Positions 1 through 13,707 of a DNA stretch of 64,000 nt are shown piece after piece (the stretch's first letter is position 1; each line of letters begins with the position of its first letter). A model generated the notes under the pieces. That model was not told the DNA's origin. It did no database searches and saw only the letters and a program-made list of their open reading frames with translations. The stretch is from Octopus vulgaris (taxonomy: Eukaryota): the NCBI GenBank assembly GCA_951406725.2, contig OX597819.1:64418001-64482000 (forward strand), read 5' to 3'. Both the position numbers and the translations under genes were made by a program.

Positions 1-65
<65 letters not shown>

Positions 66-149
66 GCGTATATATGTATATATATATATACATAAATATA
101 TATGCATATATATATACATTTATATATACATATATATATATACACACAC

Positions 150-241
<92 letters not shown>

Positions 242-337
242 GAGGGTTGTATATGTGTGTGCGTGTGTGTATGTGTACACATGATTTACCGGTACGCATG
301 TATTGATATATATATATATACATACGTACATAAATAA

Positions 338-368
<31 letters not shown>

Positions 369-370
369 CA
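1..370. repeat. (TA)n/(TG)n/(TACA)n microsatellite block
   Basis: Direct reading; the ORFs here are YI/HT repeats. Confidence 0.95.
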
Positions 371-904
371 GATGTAAAGGCATCCAGAGTTTCCAGTTAT
401 ATGTACCGTTGTGTATATCAATCTGTAGGTCGTTTTGTGTTCGAATGAACTTGCTCTTGCATTAATAATATCTTATAATTTCTATATGATATTCAATAAG
501 TTCGATAAATATTAATGGTGACTGAATTATCAAAATTTTACTCATATATGTTTGTAAATATACATTATTATCTATATAATTGTGTACATATATATGTATC
601 CTCAATTCATGCAAACACATAAAATCATTGATACACGCATATATGTGTATATATACTTACATACATCCATATATAGGTGTAGACAGCCGAGCACTGGTAA
701 AGTGTCGTTCTGTATGTTACTTTCTTATTTTCCATTTCGTTCGCTCGTTTTTGCGTATTGAACAAATTTATTTTCGTATTACATGTTGTTTTCTGTTGGT
801 GACTTCCTGTACTCATATATGCATATGTGAGTGTCAGCATGGTCGCAGCTCTGAGCTGAAACTACAGAAAAAAAAATATATGTAGATATGTGTGTAGATA
901 TGTG

Positions 905-1056
905 TGTACAAAACTGTCCGAGGAACGGGAATGTGAAACTCCGAGTAGCAGGTTTTGTAAAATTTCTGCTGCTTTTAAATAAAGCATATTACTCTACCTC
1001 TGGTATTTGAGTCCTCTTTTTTTCAACCTTGTTTCTCATTTATGTGTTTACTCTGG
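905..1056 (+). mobile_element. Penelope-like terminal (pLTR-type) fragment ending in (TA)n
   Basis: Hammerhead motif, then AATAAA (978-983) and a T-rich tail abutting (TA)n. Confidence 0.5.
907..959 (+). ncRNA. Minimal type-I hammerhead ribozyme motif (CCGA core variant)
   Basis: Stem I TACAAAACTGT(907-917)/GCAGGTTTTGTA(948-959); core CCGAGGA 918-924; stem II ACG-GGAA-TGT; GAAA 935-938; stem III ACTC-C-GAGT; predicted GUA cleavage after 947. Confidence 0.7.
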
Positions 1057-1270
1057 TATATATATATATATATATATACATTCCTGTCATAATATGAATA
1101 TACCTATTCCCACTCCTTTAGATTTTCCACGCCAGAAATTGTGTAAAATAGACACCTCTACAGAACCACTCACACGAAAAACAGGATGTGTCACACGCAT
1201 ACCAACTTCTGACAACTCGTCTGATACCTATCTCTATATTCTAATATATTCTGATACATTTATGGACATT

Positions 1271-1317
<47 letters not shown>

Positions 1318-1752
1318 ATATATTTCTGATATATATTCTGCTGGTGGTGGAGGAACCAGTGGTAGTAACTGCTGTTGAACTTATTAAATTTGTCGGTGTC
1401 AATGAGCCGCCGGAAGTAGGATGCTAGAAATTGCTATTTGGCTGGTGACAAGCCACCAGCCAAGAAACACAAGTATGGTAAGGGACAATGTGACATCAAC
1501 AACTACCACACTCTTCCAACTTTTTTATTTTCTTCTGAATATAATTTCGGCCACGTTCAGAAACCTTTTTAATATCCAAATTTTTATGCAAACTATGAGT
1601 AAATTGTACTATTTTACTTATTTTCTATACACTCTAAACGTCTGCATTCCTTGAAGGTTTCTTCAATCAACCATTGGTTAGAGATAAACAATTGCACTTT
1701 CTTTTGTATTTATACATACATTTAACTTCAAAAATACACCAACCCACACAAA

Positions 1753-1798
<46 letters not shown>

Positions 1799-2329
1799 TC
1801 TTACGATTTTACAATGGATTGTATACACACATACGAATATACACACCACACATGTCTGTTCATGTTAATGTCAATTTTGGATGCATATACTCTATGCATA
1901 TGTTCATCTATGTAAAATTATGAGTATATAAATCATGATGGTAAAAGGAAAAAAAACTTGTCTTATAGATTGTTTGCTGTTTTCATTTTTAATATATTGT
2001 CCTCTGTAAAATGTTACTATTTATGGTCATTTCAATTACACTTCTTTCAACTCTCCCAATGTACAGTGTATACACTAGTTCCCGAAACATAATTTTCCCA
2101 TCCGTGATTTTCATTTAAAAAATATATTTTGTGATGAAGGACAAACGACGGAATCATCAATATTCTCGAAACTCTCTCCACAAGTTCACTAAAAGTTCCT
2201 TTAAGACATCTCCCATCTGTGCTGCATATATATATATATATATATATACCTGGGTAGCAAATTCACGTCAGAAAAACACGGTTGAAGCTACATGCCTAGG
2301 GCAGAGATCACTTGCTATTGTGTGGAAAT

Positions 2330-2372
<43 letters not shown>

Positions 2373-2380
<8 letters not shown>

Positions 2381-2895
2381 ATGAGGGTGTCTGAGAGTCA
2401 CCACCATGCCGAAATAGCAGTCGAAACTCTGACTATAAAAACCACGTTAAATGTTCATATCGTACCATGAGATAAGACAGAGGGACAAAATAGACAAGCC
2501 AAAGTTATTGAATAATTCAAGATCCAGTATTTCTGGTTTTGCTTTAAATAAGCTTTACCGTCATCGGTTGAATATATCAAGCAATTTAACTGGCCGTGTG
2601 CATACGTACATATGTATGTATGTATAGACGTTCGTATATGTAAGTATATCGTTTGTTCTGCATATATATATCTGTATTTATGTACTCTTGATATATTCAA
2701 CCGATGACGGTAAAGCTTATTTAAAGCAAAACCAGAAATCCTGGATCTTGAATTATTCAATAACTTTGGCTTGTCTATTTTGTCCCTCTGTCTTATCTCA
2801 TGGTACGATATGAACATTTAACGTGGTTTTTATAGTCAGAGTTTCGACTGCTATTTCGGCATGGTGGTGTCTCTCAGACACCCTCATTTTTAATT
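2373..2895. repeat. Near-perfect 209-bp inverted repeat with 105-bp spacer (inverted pLTR-type element extending to ~2990, flanked by (TA)n)
   Basis: 2373-2581 is the reverse complement of 2687-2895 with 2 mismatches (manual comparison). Confidence 0.95.
2695..2753 (+). ncRNA. Type-I hammerhead motif in the right arm of the inverted repeat (antisense copy at 2515-2573)
   Basis: Stem I ATTCAA/TTGAAT; CCGATGA 2701-2707; stem II GGT..GCTT/AAGC..ACC; GAAA 2735-2738; stem III ATCC-T-GGAT; predicted AUC cleavage after 2747. Confidence 0.6.
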
Positions 2896-2986
2896 GTAAA
2901 AAATTATTACCTTTGTACGGTATTTTTCCCATGCTGGCCACTTGATAATATCAATATTTAAATATCGATATTATCCTCATTTATAA

Positions 2987-3048
<62 letters not shown>

Positions 3049-3049
<1 letters not shown>

Positions 3050-3292
3050 TTCCTTCTCGAGTCATGCCAGGCTCATAAGGGTCGGTTTCCCGGTTTCAAT
3101 GGCGTAGAAATTCCCCACATGGCCGGGACGCAGGTCCATCGCAGGATTACTCATTTTTGCCAGCTGAGTGAACTGGAGCAACCGGAAAATGAAGTGTTTT
3201 ACTCGAGAACTTAACGCATAGCCCGTTCCAGGCATCGAAACCACAACCTTACGATCATGAGTTCAACACCCTACCCATTAAACCACGCGTTT

Positions 3293-3294
<2 letters not shown>
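3049..3294 (-). mobile_element. tRNA-headed SINE, family C (CORE-like centre)
   Basis: B-box-like GTTTCGATGCC; centre GCTCCAGTTCACTCAGCTG shared with 31655 and 38672; tail shared with 42014-42062. Confidence 0.8.
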
Positions 3295-3327
<33 letters not shown>

Positions 3328-3329
3328 AA

Positions 3330-3900
3330 GTATACTGAGAGTAAAACCAGGCGGGACACGAACACAAAACTTCTTTAATTCTTCATGAGTTATGAATCAA
3401 TTGGTAGCACCATTAACGATAAAACTGAATTCTTCCCATATTGGTGGGCCCGGAAAAAAATTGCAGTGAATTCGAGAATTAGAGCAAACTAAACAAAGCA
3501 AGACAACATAGTGTGTGATTTAGGACACACGAGCAAAGTAAGGCCTGAGGCCAAGAGGACAAAATTAGTGGGTAACGCTTTGTAGATATCCTAAAGATTT
3601 GAGATTGGAAGGACAGGACTTTTGTGATCAATCATCTACCATACCATTGTGTAAAAAGAGGAAAGCTGACCACGTGTTACGAGGGAGCAGCTGGCAGATG
3701 AGAAAGACAGCGAAAAACTGAGAGAAAGAGCGATAGAGAGAAAGAAACAGAATAGGTGAAGGGAGAAAATAGAGAAAGGCGAAAGGTTCGGAATACAAGA
3801 CGGCGAGAGAGAAATGAGGAAAATAGTGAGGCTAAAATAGAAGTGAGGGTGAGAAGAGGAAAAATGAAGGCAAGAGAGAGAGAGAGTGAGAGACATAATC
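3330..3900. mobile_element. Decayed interspersed repeat with purine-rich end, paralogous to 49150-49620
   Basis: Colinear shared words ATACTGA, TTAACGATAA(A/G)ACTGAAT, TGATTTAGGAC, TAGTGGGTAAC. Confidence 0.6.
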
Positions 3901-5021
3901 TCATGAGTATATGAATAAACTTAATTCGGTGTGTGTTGCGTTCTATTACTTAATGAAATATGTATGGTAAATGAATAAACGTATACCTTCCTACCTACCA
4001 ACGCTCATACATACATATACATACACACATATACACACACACACGCGCATATATATATATAATTATATACATATATACTTATATATATGTATATATGTTT
4101 GTATTATGTTTATACATGTATATATACATGCACACACACAAACATATGCATATACATACGTGTGTATGTTTTTCGTATGTGTTTGTGTTTGTGTGTACAT
4201 ACATGCGTGCATGTGTGCGTGAGTGTGTATCTTTTCCCGGTCTTGCGGGTGATTACATCTGTAATATATATAGATATCATCGCAGTACGATCTGAATTGG
4301 TGTTATGGTATAATACTGAATGTAATTTAAATGCATGTTCTAGTTTCGTGTGTATAATATGAAAGACGAAGAAAATTCCAAGCCAAACGGAATTTATCTT
4401 GTCCCACAATTTTATACGTGGTGTGGAGTAAATTCAGATATTATTTTCTTAATAGAATTCTTAGAATAATTTGACGATACCAGTCTGATAAGGTTTTTAT
4501 TATTATCATTATTATTATATGTTTTTGACATTTTGATAGTAACTACTATATATTTAGAAAAATACCCTTTTGGCTTAGATAATATTGAACAAGTGAAAAA
4601 AGTTTCTCCCTTGCAATTATAGCGTCGATATTTGCGCGCACACGTACACGTACGCACACACGCATATAAGCGCTTCGGTATATTTAGGACTTGAATAGCC
4701 CAGGAACATTTAAATCTTTCTATCTATAGTTCTCGTTTAATATTCAATGCAAATTGATAGCTTTGCATCCGGATCGCCTCAGACACACATAGCTGCAGAT
4801 TAAAGAATCACATTTCACCCCATTGAGGTATTCGTTAGTTTGAAATGGTATTTATCGTGTTTCCTAAAGCCAAAATATTTACTTGTGACTTGAATTAATT
4901 CGTTTCGATCTTGAAACAATATTAACCATGTTAATGTTGTCTTCTCTAAACAAATCAGTTCTCAATTAACATTTTTTATGGAAGATTTATATTTCTATAT
5001 TAGTTTATGTTCATAGGTTTA

Positions 5022-5401
5022 GGTGTAGGAGTGGCTGTGTGGTAAGTAGTTTGCTTATCAACTACATGTTTCCGGATTCAGTCCCACTGCGTGGCACCTT
5101 GAGCAAGTGCCTTCTACTATAGCCTTGAGCCGACCGAAGCCTTGTGAGTGGATTTGGTGCACGGAAACTGAAAGAAGCCCGTCACATATATGTAGGTATA
5201 TATATATATATGTATGTGTTTGTGTGTCTGTGATTGTCCTCCCAACATCGCTTGACAACCGATGCTGGTGTGTCTGCGGTTCGGCAAAAGAGACCAATAG
5301 ATTAAGTACTAGGCTTACAAAGTACAAGTCCTGGGAGCGATTCGCTCGACTAAAGGCAGTACTCTAGTATGGCTACAGTGAAATGACTGAAACAAGTAAA
5401 A
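5022..5401 (+). mobile_element. tRNA-headed SINE family A with internal (TA)/(TG) microsatellite
   Basis: A-box-like TGGCTGTGTGG, B-box-like GATTCAGTCCC; colinear with 15713, 42984, 62666. Confidence 0.88.
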
Positions 5402-5720
5402 CAGGGAAAGTAATATAGTGAGGATAAGTGGAGAAAGAGTCCCACTTATTTCAGATCTTATAGATATCGACCAGCACTCTCATCCCATATATTTCAATTT
5501 CTGCAAAACAGCATTCCCTATAGAATACCCCCAAATAAGTTATGCTACCGTTTAACTGGGAAATGTAGCAAGAGAGTTAAGGGGCAGAACGAAGTAGCTA
5601 TTTGAGGTTCGGTAATATCTTAAAATTTTACTGACTGCTGCCATTGAATTGTGATCATGAAAGGGTATCCCTTTAGTATGCTCGAATAAATCGACCACTG
5701 TTCCGTATTTTTATTTTAAA

Positions 5721-6232
5721 CTAGCAGTATCGCCCGGCGTTGCTCGGGTTTGTAAGGGAAATAACTATATAAGCATTTTTAGAGAGTTACTTCCCTTATA
5801 GATGCCAATTCGGGCTTTCTTAGCCATTTCTGTTTTGGTGTCTTCAATCCATGAAGTCGTTGTTCTAAAAGAACGCTGGTCTCCTTGACAACGCTTTACG
5901 ACGTTGATTTCCTTACACTCCCTTCCCCACAGCTTCACGAGGGAGGGAAGAAGGGGAGAAGCAAACAGGTGCAGATGTGAGCGTGGACGCCAACTGGGCC
6001 GCCATCGACACACGAAATATTATGCATTAAAATGGAATAAAAAATGATGTTAAATTATTTTTAAAATCGTAGACTCATTGTAGACGCGCGCTAATACTCA
6101 GACGGGCTCGATATGAATTATGACTATAATATACCTGAATTTGGTTAAACTGCACCGCAAAATGTGGGAGTAGTTAGGAATCTAAATCGAAGGGGACAGA
6201 CACTCACACAACTACAGTTTTATATATATAGA
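5721..6232 (-). mobile_element. Complete non-autonomous Helitron (512 bp)
   Basis: On minus: 5' TC (6232), 3' CTAG (5721), subterminal GC hairpin CCCGAGCAACGCCGGG (5733-5748), inserted between A and T with no TSD. Confidence 0.85.
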
Positions 6233-6353
6233 TGTACTGCAGATGCTATTAGTCACCCTTTGCTAACTTTCAAGGATGTAAACAAATTACAGCCTTCTAT
6301 TAAGCAATGGTGTGTTTTAAAAAAACCCAACAGAAACACACGCACACACGCAC

Positions 6354-6451
<98 letters not shown>

Positions 6452-6491
6452 ATGTGTGTGTGTGTGAGAGAGAGAGAGCGGGAGAGTGTGT

Positions 6492-6651
6492 GTTAAATAC
6501 AATGAGACAACAAAGCCAATGCAGTGTGGAATTTCTAGGACATTTATAAAAAGAAATAAATTTGGTCTTACATCTCTTTCAGAAACATCCTACCATTCTC
6601 TTTGTAAATGTCCAAGAAATTCCATTCCCTTGGCTTTGTCGTGTCATTTTA
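6492..6651. repeat. Older fold-back inverted repeat whose right arm is split by the MITE (continues at 7363-7377)
   Basis: GTTAAATACAATGAGACAACAAAGCCAA..GGACATTTATAAA vs TTTGTAAATGTCC..TTGGCTTTGTCGTGTCATTTTA+TTTAAC. Confidence 0.75.
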
Positions 6652-7362
6652 GATCTTCTCCTTTTGAACGGCACATGTCAACACAATTTCTAGTTAACTA
6701 AACACTTTAAAACTTCGTATACTCGTAGAATGTGTCAAAATAAAACATTTTTTTTTCTCTTGGCTTTCTTGATAAAATTGTAATTCGTTTGTTTACCGTA
6801 GTTTAATTTTTCGAATTTTAACCAATGAATCGCCTGTAATTGAGCTAAAATCATTTGCTGCGTCTAAAACTGAGACAACATCCTGTCACTAACCCTAAAC
6901 CTAACCCTAACCCTACATTTTTCTCTTAATTGTTAAATTAATTTAATTGTTACCCGTGTAAAAAAAAACGGAAGGCTAAAACGAAAGAAATGGAAAATAA
7001 TTTAAACAATTAACAAACAAAATAATTCTATAATTTTATACACACGCTTTCCGTACGTATACATGCGTAACAATTAAATTAATTTAACAATTAAGAAAAA
7101 AAAATTAGGGTTCGGTTTAGGGTTAATGACAGGATGTTGTCTCGGTTTTAGACGTAGCAAATGATTTTAGCTCAATTAGAGGCGATTCATTGGTTAAAAT
7201 TCGAAAATTTAATCTACGTTAAACAAACGAATTACAATTTTATCAAGAAAGCCAAGAGAAAAAAATGTTTTATTTTGACACATTCTACCAGTATACGAAG
7301 TTTTAAAGTGTTTAGTTAACTAGAAATTGTGTTGACATGTGCCGTTCAAAAGGAAAAGATCC
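6652..7362. mobile_element. MITE/foldback DNA transposon, ~310-bp TIRs, 8-9-bp TSD (Mutator-like if 9 bp)
   Basis: 6652-6960 inverted at ~7058-7362; TSD GTCATTTT(A) at 6643-6651 and 7363-7371; internal CCCTAA/TTAGGG repeats. Confidence 0.9.
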
Positions 7363-7544
7363 GTCATTTTATTTAACTTATACTTGCTCACACAAGATGC
7401 GCACTACTCCTCGCTCATGCTATTATTGAACCGGGAGTCTAAGTATGGTCCTTCCATAACACATATCCTTACCTCCCATTTTGGGTCTTCTAGATACCAA
7501 AACGTCTTATATGTATGCATATATATATATAATGATTTATAAAG

Positions 7545-7631
<87 letters not shown>

Positions 7632-8075
7632 GTCAATAAGAGGAAATGATTTAATATGATCTAAGTACAGTTGTAAATATTTATGTAGGTTTCTTTGCTT
7701 CTCTCTGTGTCTCTGTTGTGCGAAGAGTGTGTGAGTGAGAGTGTTTGTGTGAGTACATGTCTGTGTGTGTTTGTGTTCGTTCGTATATGCACAAAAGAGC
7801 CAGAGATTGAGTGTTATGTGTTTTTATTACAGAATATTTATGCAACATTTGAACACACAGAATATGTCGTGTATATTTTTCTCAACAACTTGAAAAAAAT
7901 TAAAAAATCCAACCCATTTATAAATTCAAAGACATACAGCCAGCACAAGCGTAAATAAAGGTGAACAAATATTTATTCATATACTCCATTATAAGGATAT
8001 ACGCATACATTTATGTATGTACATTTGTATACAGTAATTGTCATATGTATACATACATATATACATACACATATG

Positions 8076-8138
<63 letters not shown>

Positions 8139-8139
8139 G

Positions 8140-8196
<57 letters not shown>

Positions 8197-8849
8197 TCAT
8201 AGATACATACACTCATACATACAAACATACATGCATACATACTTATTAAACACACAGACACAAATTGCTTACACATATATTTCTTCATCTCACACTAGCA
8301 GAGGCACACGCACATATATACACACACTGACAAGATTAGAATCTCGTACAGGTGTATTCATAAAACGCTCCTGAGCGAATAAAACAGACTCCCAGGTGTC
8401 CTTTGCATACACATAATTTAAAATATAAGTCCGCAAAATTTTTTGCCCCCCAGCAATTGAATTAGAACTTAAATACAAATAGAAAATAGAGTAGAACGCC
8501 AAGTAGAGAAAAAATTTTCAAGACAAATATTTGCAAATTGAAAAAAAAAGAAAAATGATGAAAAAAAATTAGTAAAAAGAACAGCAAGACATAGAATTAT
8601 AGAAATCAGTCGCAATATATAAAGCAGAAGTATACAGCTCTAAAACAAAATATTTCAGCCGAGGTATCTGCTACGATGACGACGACTGCTGCCACGAACC
8701 AGCTACCTCATGAATAAAGTCAAAATTATACACAATAACAACGACTTCAAAATTTTACTAGAAATATCAACATAAGAACAACATCAATAATATTTCTGAT
8801 ATAATAAGAAACAAAAACCCAACAAAAGCAGAAGTCTTTAAATGCATAA

Positions 8850-9104
8850 ATTGTGATGGTTATGGTGGTTATGACTTTGCTGGTAGCAGTGGTTGTGATG
8901 ATGATGATGATGATGATGATGAGGATGATGATAACGACGACGACTATGAAGATGATGACGAAGATGACGTCGATGAAGGTGATGGTGATGGCGATGATGA
9001 TGATGATGATGACAACGACGTCGACGATGAGGACGGTGAGGATGACGATGATGATGACTGTGATAGTGATGATGATGATGATGACGACAATGACGACGAC
9101 ATTG

Positions 9105-9169
<65 letters not shown>

Positions 9170-9200
9170 AACTAGGACGACCATGACGACAGCGATGATA
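8850..9200. repeat. Degenerate (GAT/GAC)n trinucleotide tract
   Basis: Direct reading; produces poly-Met/His/Ile pseudo-ORFs. Confidence 0.92.
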
Positions 9201-10794
9201 ACGAAAAATGTGTTGTTGATTAATTGCATGGTATCGAAATGAATTTTCCATTAGCATAAAGTATATTTTTATTGCGTCTTAAGGGATTCTACTCACTATT
9301 TCATGTTTTACAAATTTACGAAAATATCTGTCTTGCTACATATTTAGTTTTTATAACCTCCTTACTTTCATGGATATCACTGCCCAAAAATACGCAGAAG
9401 GCATTTTATACTAGGGAGATACGCTGCCTCATCTACTTTAAGAATCTGCAGGCATAGGAGTTTGGTTGAAGAAGGAATGTAATGTAAAGACCAGATCGAT
9501 ATTTATGCGCTGCTACAATTTTGATATATTCGATTATCAAATCTTAATATAAAAAAGAAATGCTTTTGTAAGTTACCCGATAACTGCCCTCTGAATGACT
9601 ACTGCTACAGATACAAAATTTTATATAAATATACCCTTCTTATAGACAAGAGAATTCCACTGCAATTTTTATAGGTTCATCTGTTAAATTTAAACGCTGA
9701 TATATATTATAAACTTTCTAGTCTGCTTCTGGAAAGTACAAAACGTCAACCTTTCTAACTGAACGTATAATTTGTCACAATCAATTGAAATTTTTAAGCA
9801 AGTTCCTCACTCACCACTAAATAATGGACTACCAAAGTCTGTTCTTTTCGATAATTAAAAACAGTTTGGTTTTACCGTATTACTTTAAGTTCTGCCTGTG
9901 CTTGATCTACAGAACATCTAGTACTTGCTCGTCAAAATTGCAAGGTGTTTTAAAGTTCATTTACCTTGCCCTTAGGTATTTCTACTTTCATACCTTATGA
10001 GTAATCACGTTTATAGACTTTAAAGATTTTAATCAATCAAATAATTATAGTCATTTTCTCCGTTAATCTCTTCCGCTAATTCTTCGTATTTGTAATACTC
10101 GTCGTCTCCTCTCCTGTATGACACCGCTCCCCAAATCAGATTAACTACTGCTAGCATCTATCAACTGTAGATGTTCTACCGAAGTTTTGATCTCATCATG
10201 ATAACATCTAGCCACTAGACAGTTTGAGAACAAGAGGTCTATACACACATCACTGAGCTTGAAAACAGCCTTCAAATCTTTTCTATTTGTCTACCACTTA
10301 TGCTTCATTTTCATGCGTAATTCTAGGTCACGTCCCGTTTTAAAATTAGAAATTGATCTCGTAGACGGTAGTTCTCAAAACAGGATTGCTTGTAGACTCC
10401 TTTGATTCCTTTCTTACGCTAGTGGACTCTAATAATTCGGTGTATGAAAATTCATATTATATTTTTATAAGTAAATTGTGGAATTGTATAAAATTCCACA
10501 AATAACTTTTGGAATTGTACACAAAATTGGTTAAAATAGTTTTTGCGTTTTGAAATGATTCTCAACTGCGGTCCTCATAGAGTTAAAGAAAACAGTTTTA
10601 AGGAACACTAATATGTATACGATCTCTAAGTTGCCAAATTGTCAAGTGGGTAGATGTTATAATGATAAGGTTGCAACTTCGGTAGAACAGTTATATTAAG
10701 ATGTACATCGATAGATACTAGCAGTGGTTAATATGATCTGGGGAGCGGAGACATACAAAAGAGGAAATGTATATTAGATATATGGCACGTCAAG

Positions 10795-11358
10795 GGAAGA
10801 TAATTACGGAGAGTATAAATATAATATCTGATATCAGAACTGAAGGTATACACCGTATCAACGAGGGAACTGATTGCGCTTCATCTTTACCATAAAGTTT
10901 GGGGTCATCCATGAATAACAAATGTTTTTTTTTTTTTATTGGCGGCTTTTGAATACGTACCCAGTTTTTGCTTTCCTCAGAATCAGTGTTAGTTGTATCA
11001 AGCACAGTACAGATATGCCCCTCCTAATTTCTACTGTCCCTAAACTTCTTCCGTATACTGTCAGGTCCGTCCTCCAATTCGCCATACTTTTTCCAAGCAA
11101 TCGCTCAACATTCGATGCAATACCAAATAGGTTCATACACTCCATAATCCAAGAATGCGGGATCACATCCTACGTCTTATGGTAGTCGATCCATGACATG
11201 GCTAAGTTACTTTTCCTCTTCTTGCGGTCTCTAACTATAGTTTTGCCTATCAGGTGTTGATCCTTGGCACCTCTGCACTTACGCTTGAAACCCTTCTGCT
11301 CATGTGGCAGGACTCCATTTTTTTCCAGATGTTCGTACATTGATTCTGCGAGCATTTC
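10795..11358 (-). pseudogene. Decayed RT fragment of an R4/Dong-like non-LTR retrotransposon
   Basis: [41 protein letters not shown] and HLLFMDDPKLYGK; stops and frameshifts; abuts (TTA)n 11363-11480. Confidence 0.85.
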
Positions 11359-11362
11359 AGTA

Positions 11363-11476
<114 letters not shown>

Positions 11477-12436
11477 CATTATTTATTTATTTGCCACATG
11501 GGCTTTCATAAAATAACAATAACGGACATGAAACAACATAAAATACAAAAACAGGACGATAGAATGTGTTTTACTGTGTATAAACAATAAATAACCAATA
11601 AAATTCAACAACATAAAACTCTCAGTAGTGTGGGTTTATCAATCAGAGTTTTCATTTTGGGGTTTTGTAGAGGAATAAGTAGGTTGATCTTATGGCGTGA
11701 AAGATGTTGTCTGTCCAGGATTCTGCGTGTTAATAAATGGAATCACGTATTCATTAAACTTTTACTATTGATGTTCTAAGTTTTGTGATACTCAGACGTA
11801 TCTGTACTAGAGCGATTGACCCCAACATACGTCAAATGCGACTCAGCGAGCTCAAAGACTTCCTAACAAAGCAGAAATACCACTTAGGATTAATAAACTA
11901 GGGAATTAAAAGTCTAAAAATCTGAACAATATACATAAAAATGTCTTTTATGATGTTTGATTAAATGTATATAGAGAAGAGATTGTTTTATTATCAGGAC
12001 CAAATTATTCTTATATATTCTGACTTTATTTTTCTAATTTATAAATATTGTACAAATATTTAATACTTCTTCATGCGAAACATGAAATTACACAGAATAT
12101 GCGATTTGACTATGCCCAGGTAAAAGGATAGATTTCATAGGTCTTTGAACTCTAATTTATTTTTCAATGATGACCACAAACACCTATCTTCATATTTTTC
12201 TTATTCTGCTTCCTAAAATTGACATGTTTGAAAGGCCTCCAGCCCTAGTGAGAAAAAGTGTTTATTTACAAATATGTTGATAGATATTCAATGGAAAGAA
12301 AACAGAAAGGAAAGAGAAAGAAGAAAAGAATGCGTTGCAATGAAATTTCAATGAATTGATCACATCAAATTGAAAGGGAAACCTCTCTTTCTCCCCCTTC
12401 TCTCTCTCTCTCGCTATCTATCTATCTATTTTTCGT

Positions 12437-12497
<61 letters not shown>

Positions 12498-13447
12498 TTA
12501 TTTATCTATCTTTCTATCTATCTATCTATCTATCTATCTCTCTATCTATCTATCTGTTCCCCATACTCTATTATTTTTTCTCCTCTTTCTTGATTATCCT
12601 GAAACCTACTCTCTCTGTCTCTATTGCCCCCACCTCACATCTTTGCTTTTCTTTCTGCCCCCACAAAATCAAAACAATAGTCTCTTCTTCTAAACAAACC
12701 GAAAAAGTGAAAAATGAACACCGAAACGTTCTGTTTTTAACATTTTGATTTCGATCTTGTCTTGACGAATTCGAAAACGAACGAAAGTGATGATAACGAA
12801 TTAACTAAAATTCTAACTGCCTCCATTTACTCAATATATGCATGTACACACACACACTCACACACATACACCCACACTCACACACACACCCACCTCAGGA
12901 ATGTTGTGTGCAAAATTATTTTGCTGCTTCGGCAGGTGTGCTGAGCCGGATGCATAATTTACAGCTGTGCTGATAAATATACAGTAAGTTGTGTCAATCT
13001 ATCGTATGTCTGAGTATATATAGGCAGAGTGATCATAGCTACTTTTATTCAACAACTAACTGCATTTACAAACCTTCATTGCAAGGTATTGATAATTCGT
13101 ACATGTGATCTGTCTTGCTAATCTAAGATGAACCATCACAAAGAGGCCAGACAAATTTTCCTCTATTTCTGCAACGACGTATCTCTATGAATTTATAAGC
13201 TGTCTATAAGAAATATAAGAAATCTCCATGAACACTCGTTGTCTGTATTCTCTTGATTTACTGTTCAATTTATATTTTTGTACGCATTTTTCTATTCATA
13301 ATTCTTAAATGACTTGATGCCTTCCAACTGCTTGTCCACATTTTTCCATTCCCTTATACTTCTATACGCATACGTATATGCATAAATACATACACACACA
13401 CGCGCACACACACACGCGCACACACACACGCGCACACACACACACAC

Positions 13448-13496
<49 letters not shown>

Positions 13497-13643
13497 CAAA
13501 TGCGGTGATCATAATAACCCCATTTGATTTATATGGATAATACCATACCAAATTTTTGTGCCTTTAACTTAAGTACTATATTCATCTGAATCTAAATTTT
13601 TGCTATATATAAATATATAGTTATATGCATGCATATATACTCT

Positions 13644-13707
<64 letters not shown>

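Noticed and set aside
6890-6915. Chromosome end or fusion site
   Set aside because: The few telomeric units lie symmetrically inside MITE arms
8747-9257. Met-rich and His-rich ORFs (reflectin- or His-rich-protein-like)
   Set aside because: Pure (GAT)n tract open in several frames; no reflectin repeat motif or Tyr/Arg content
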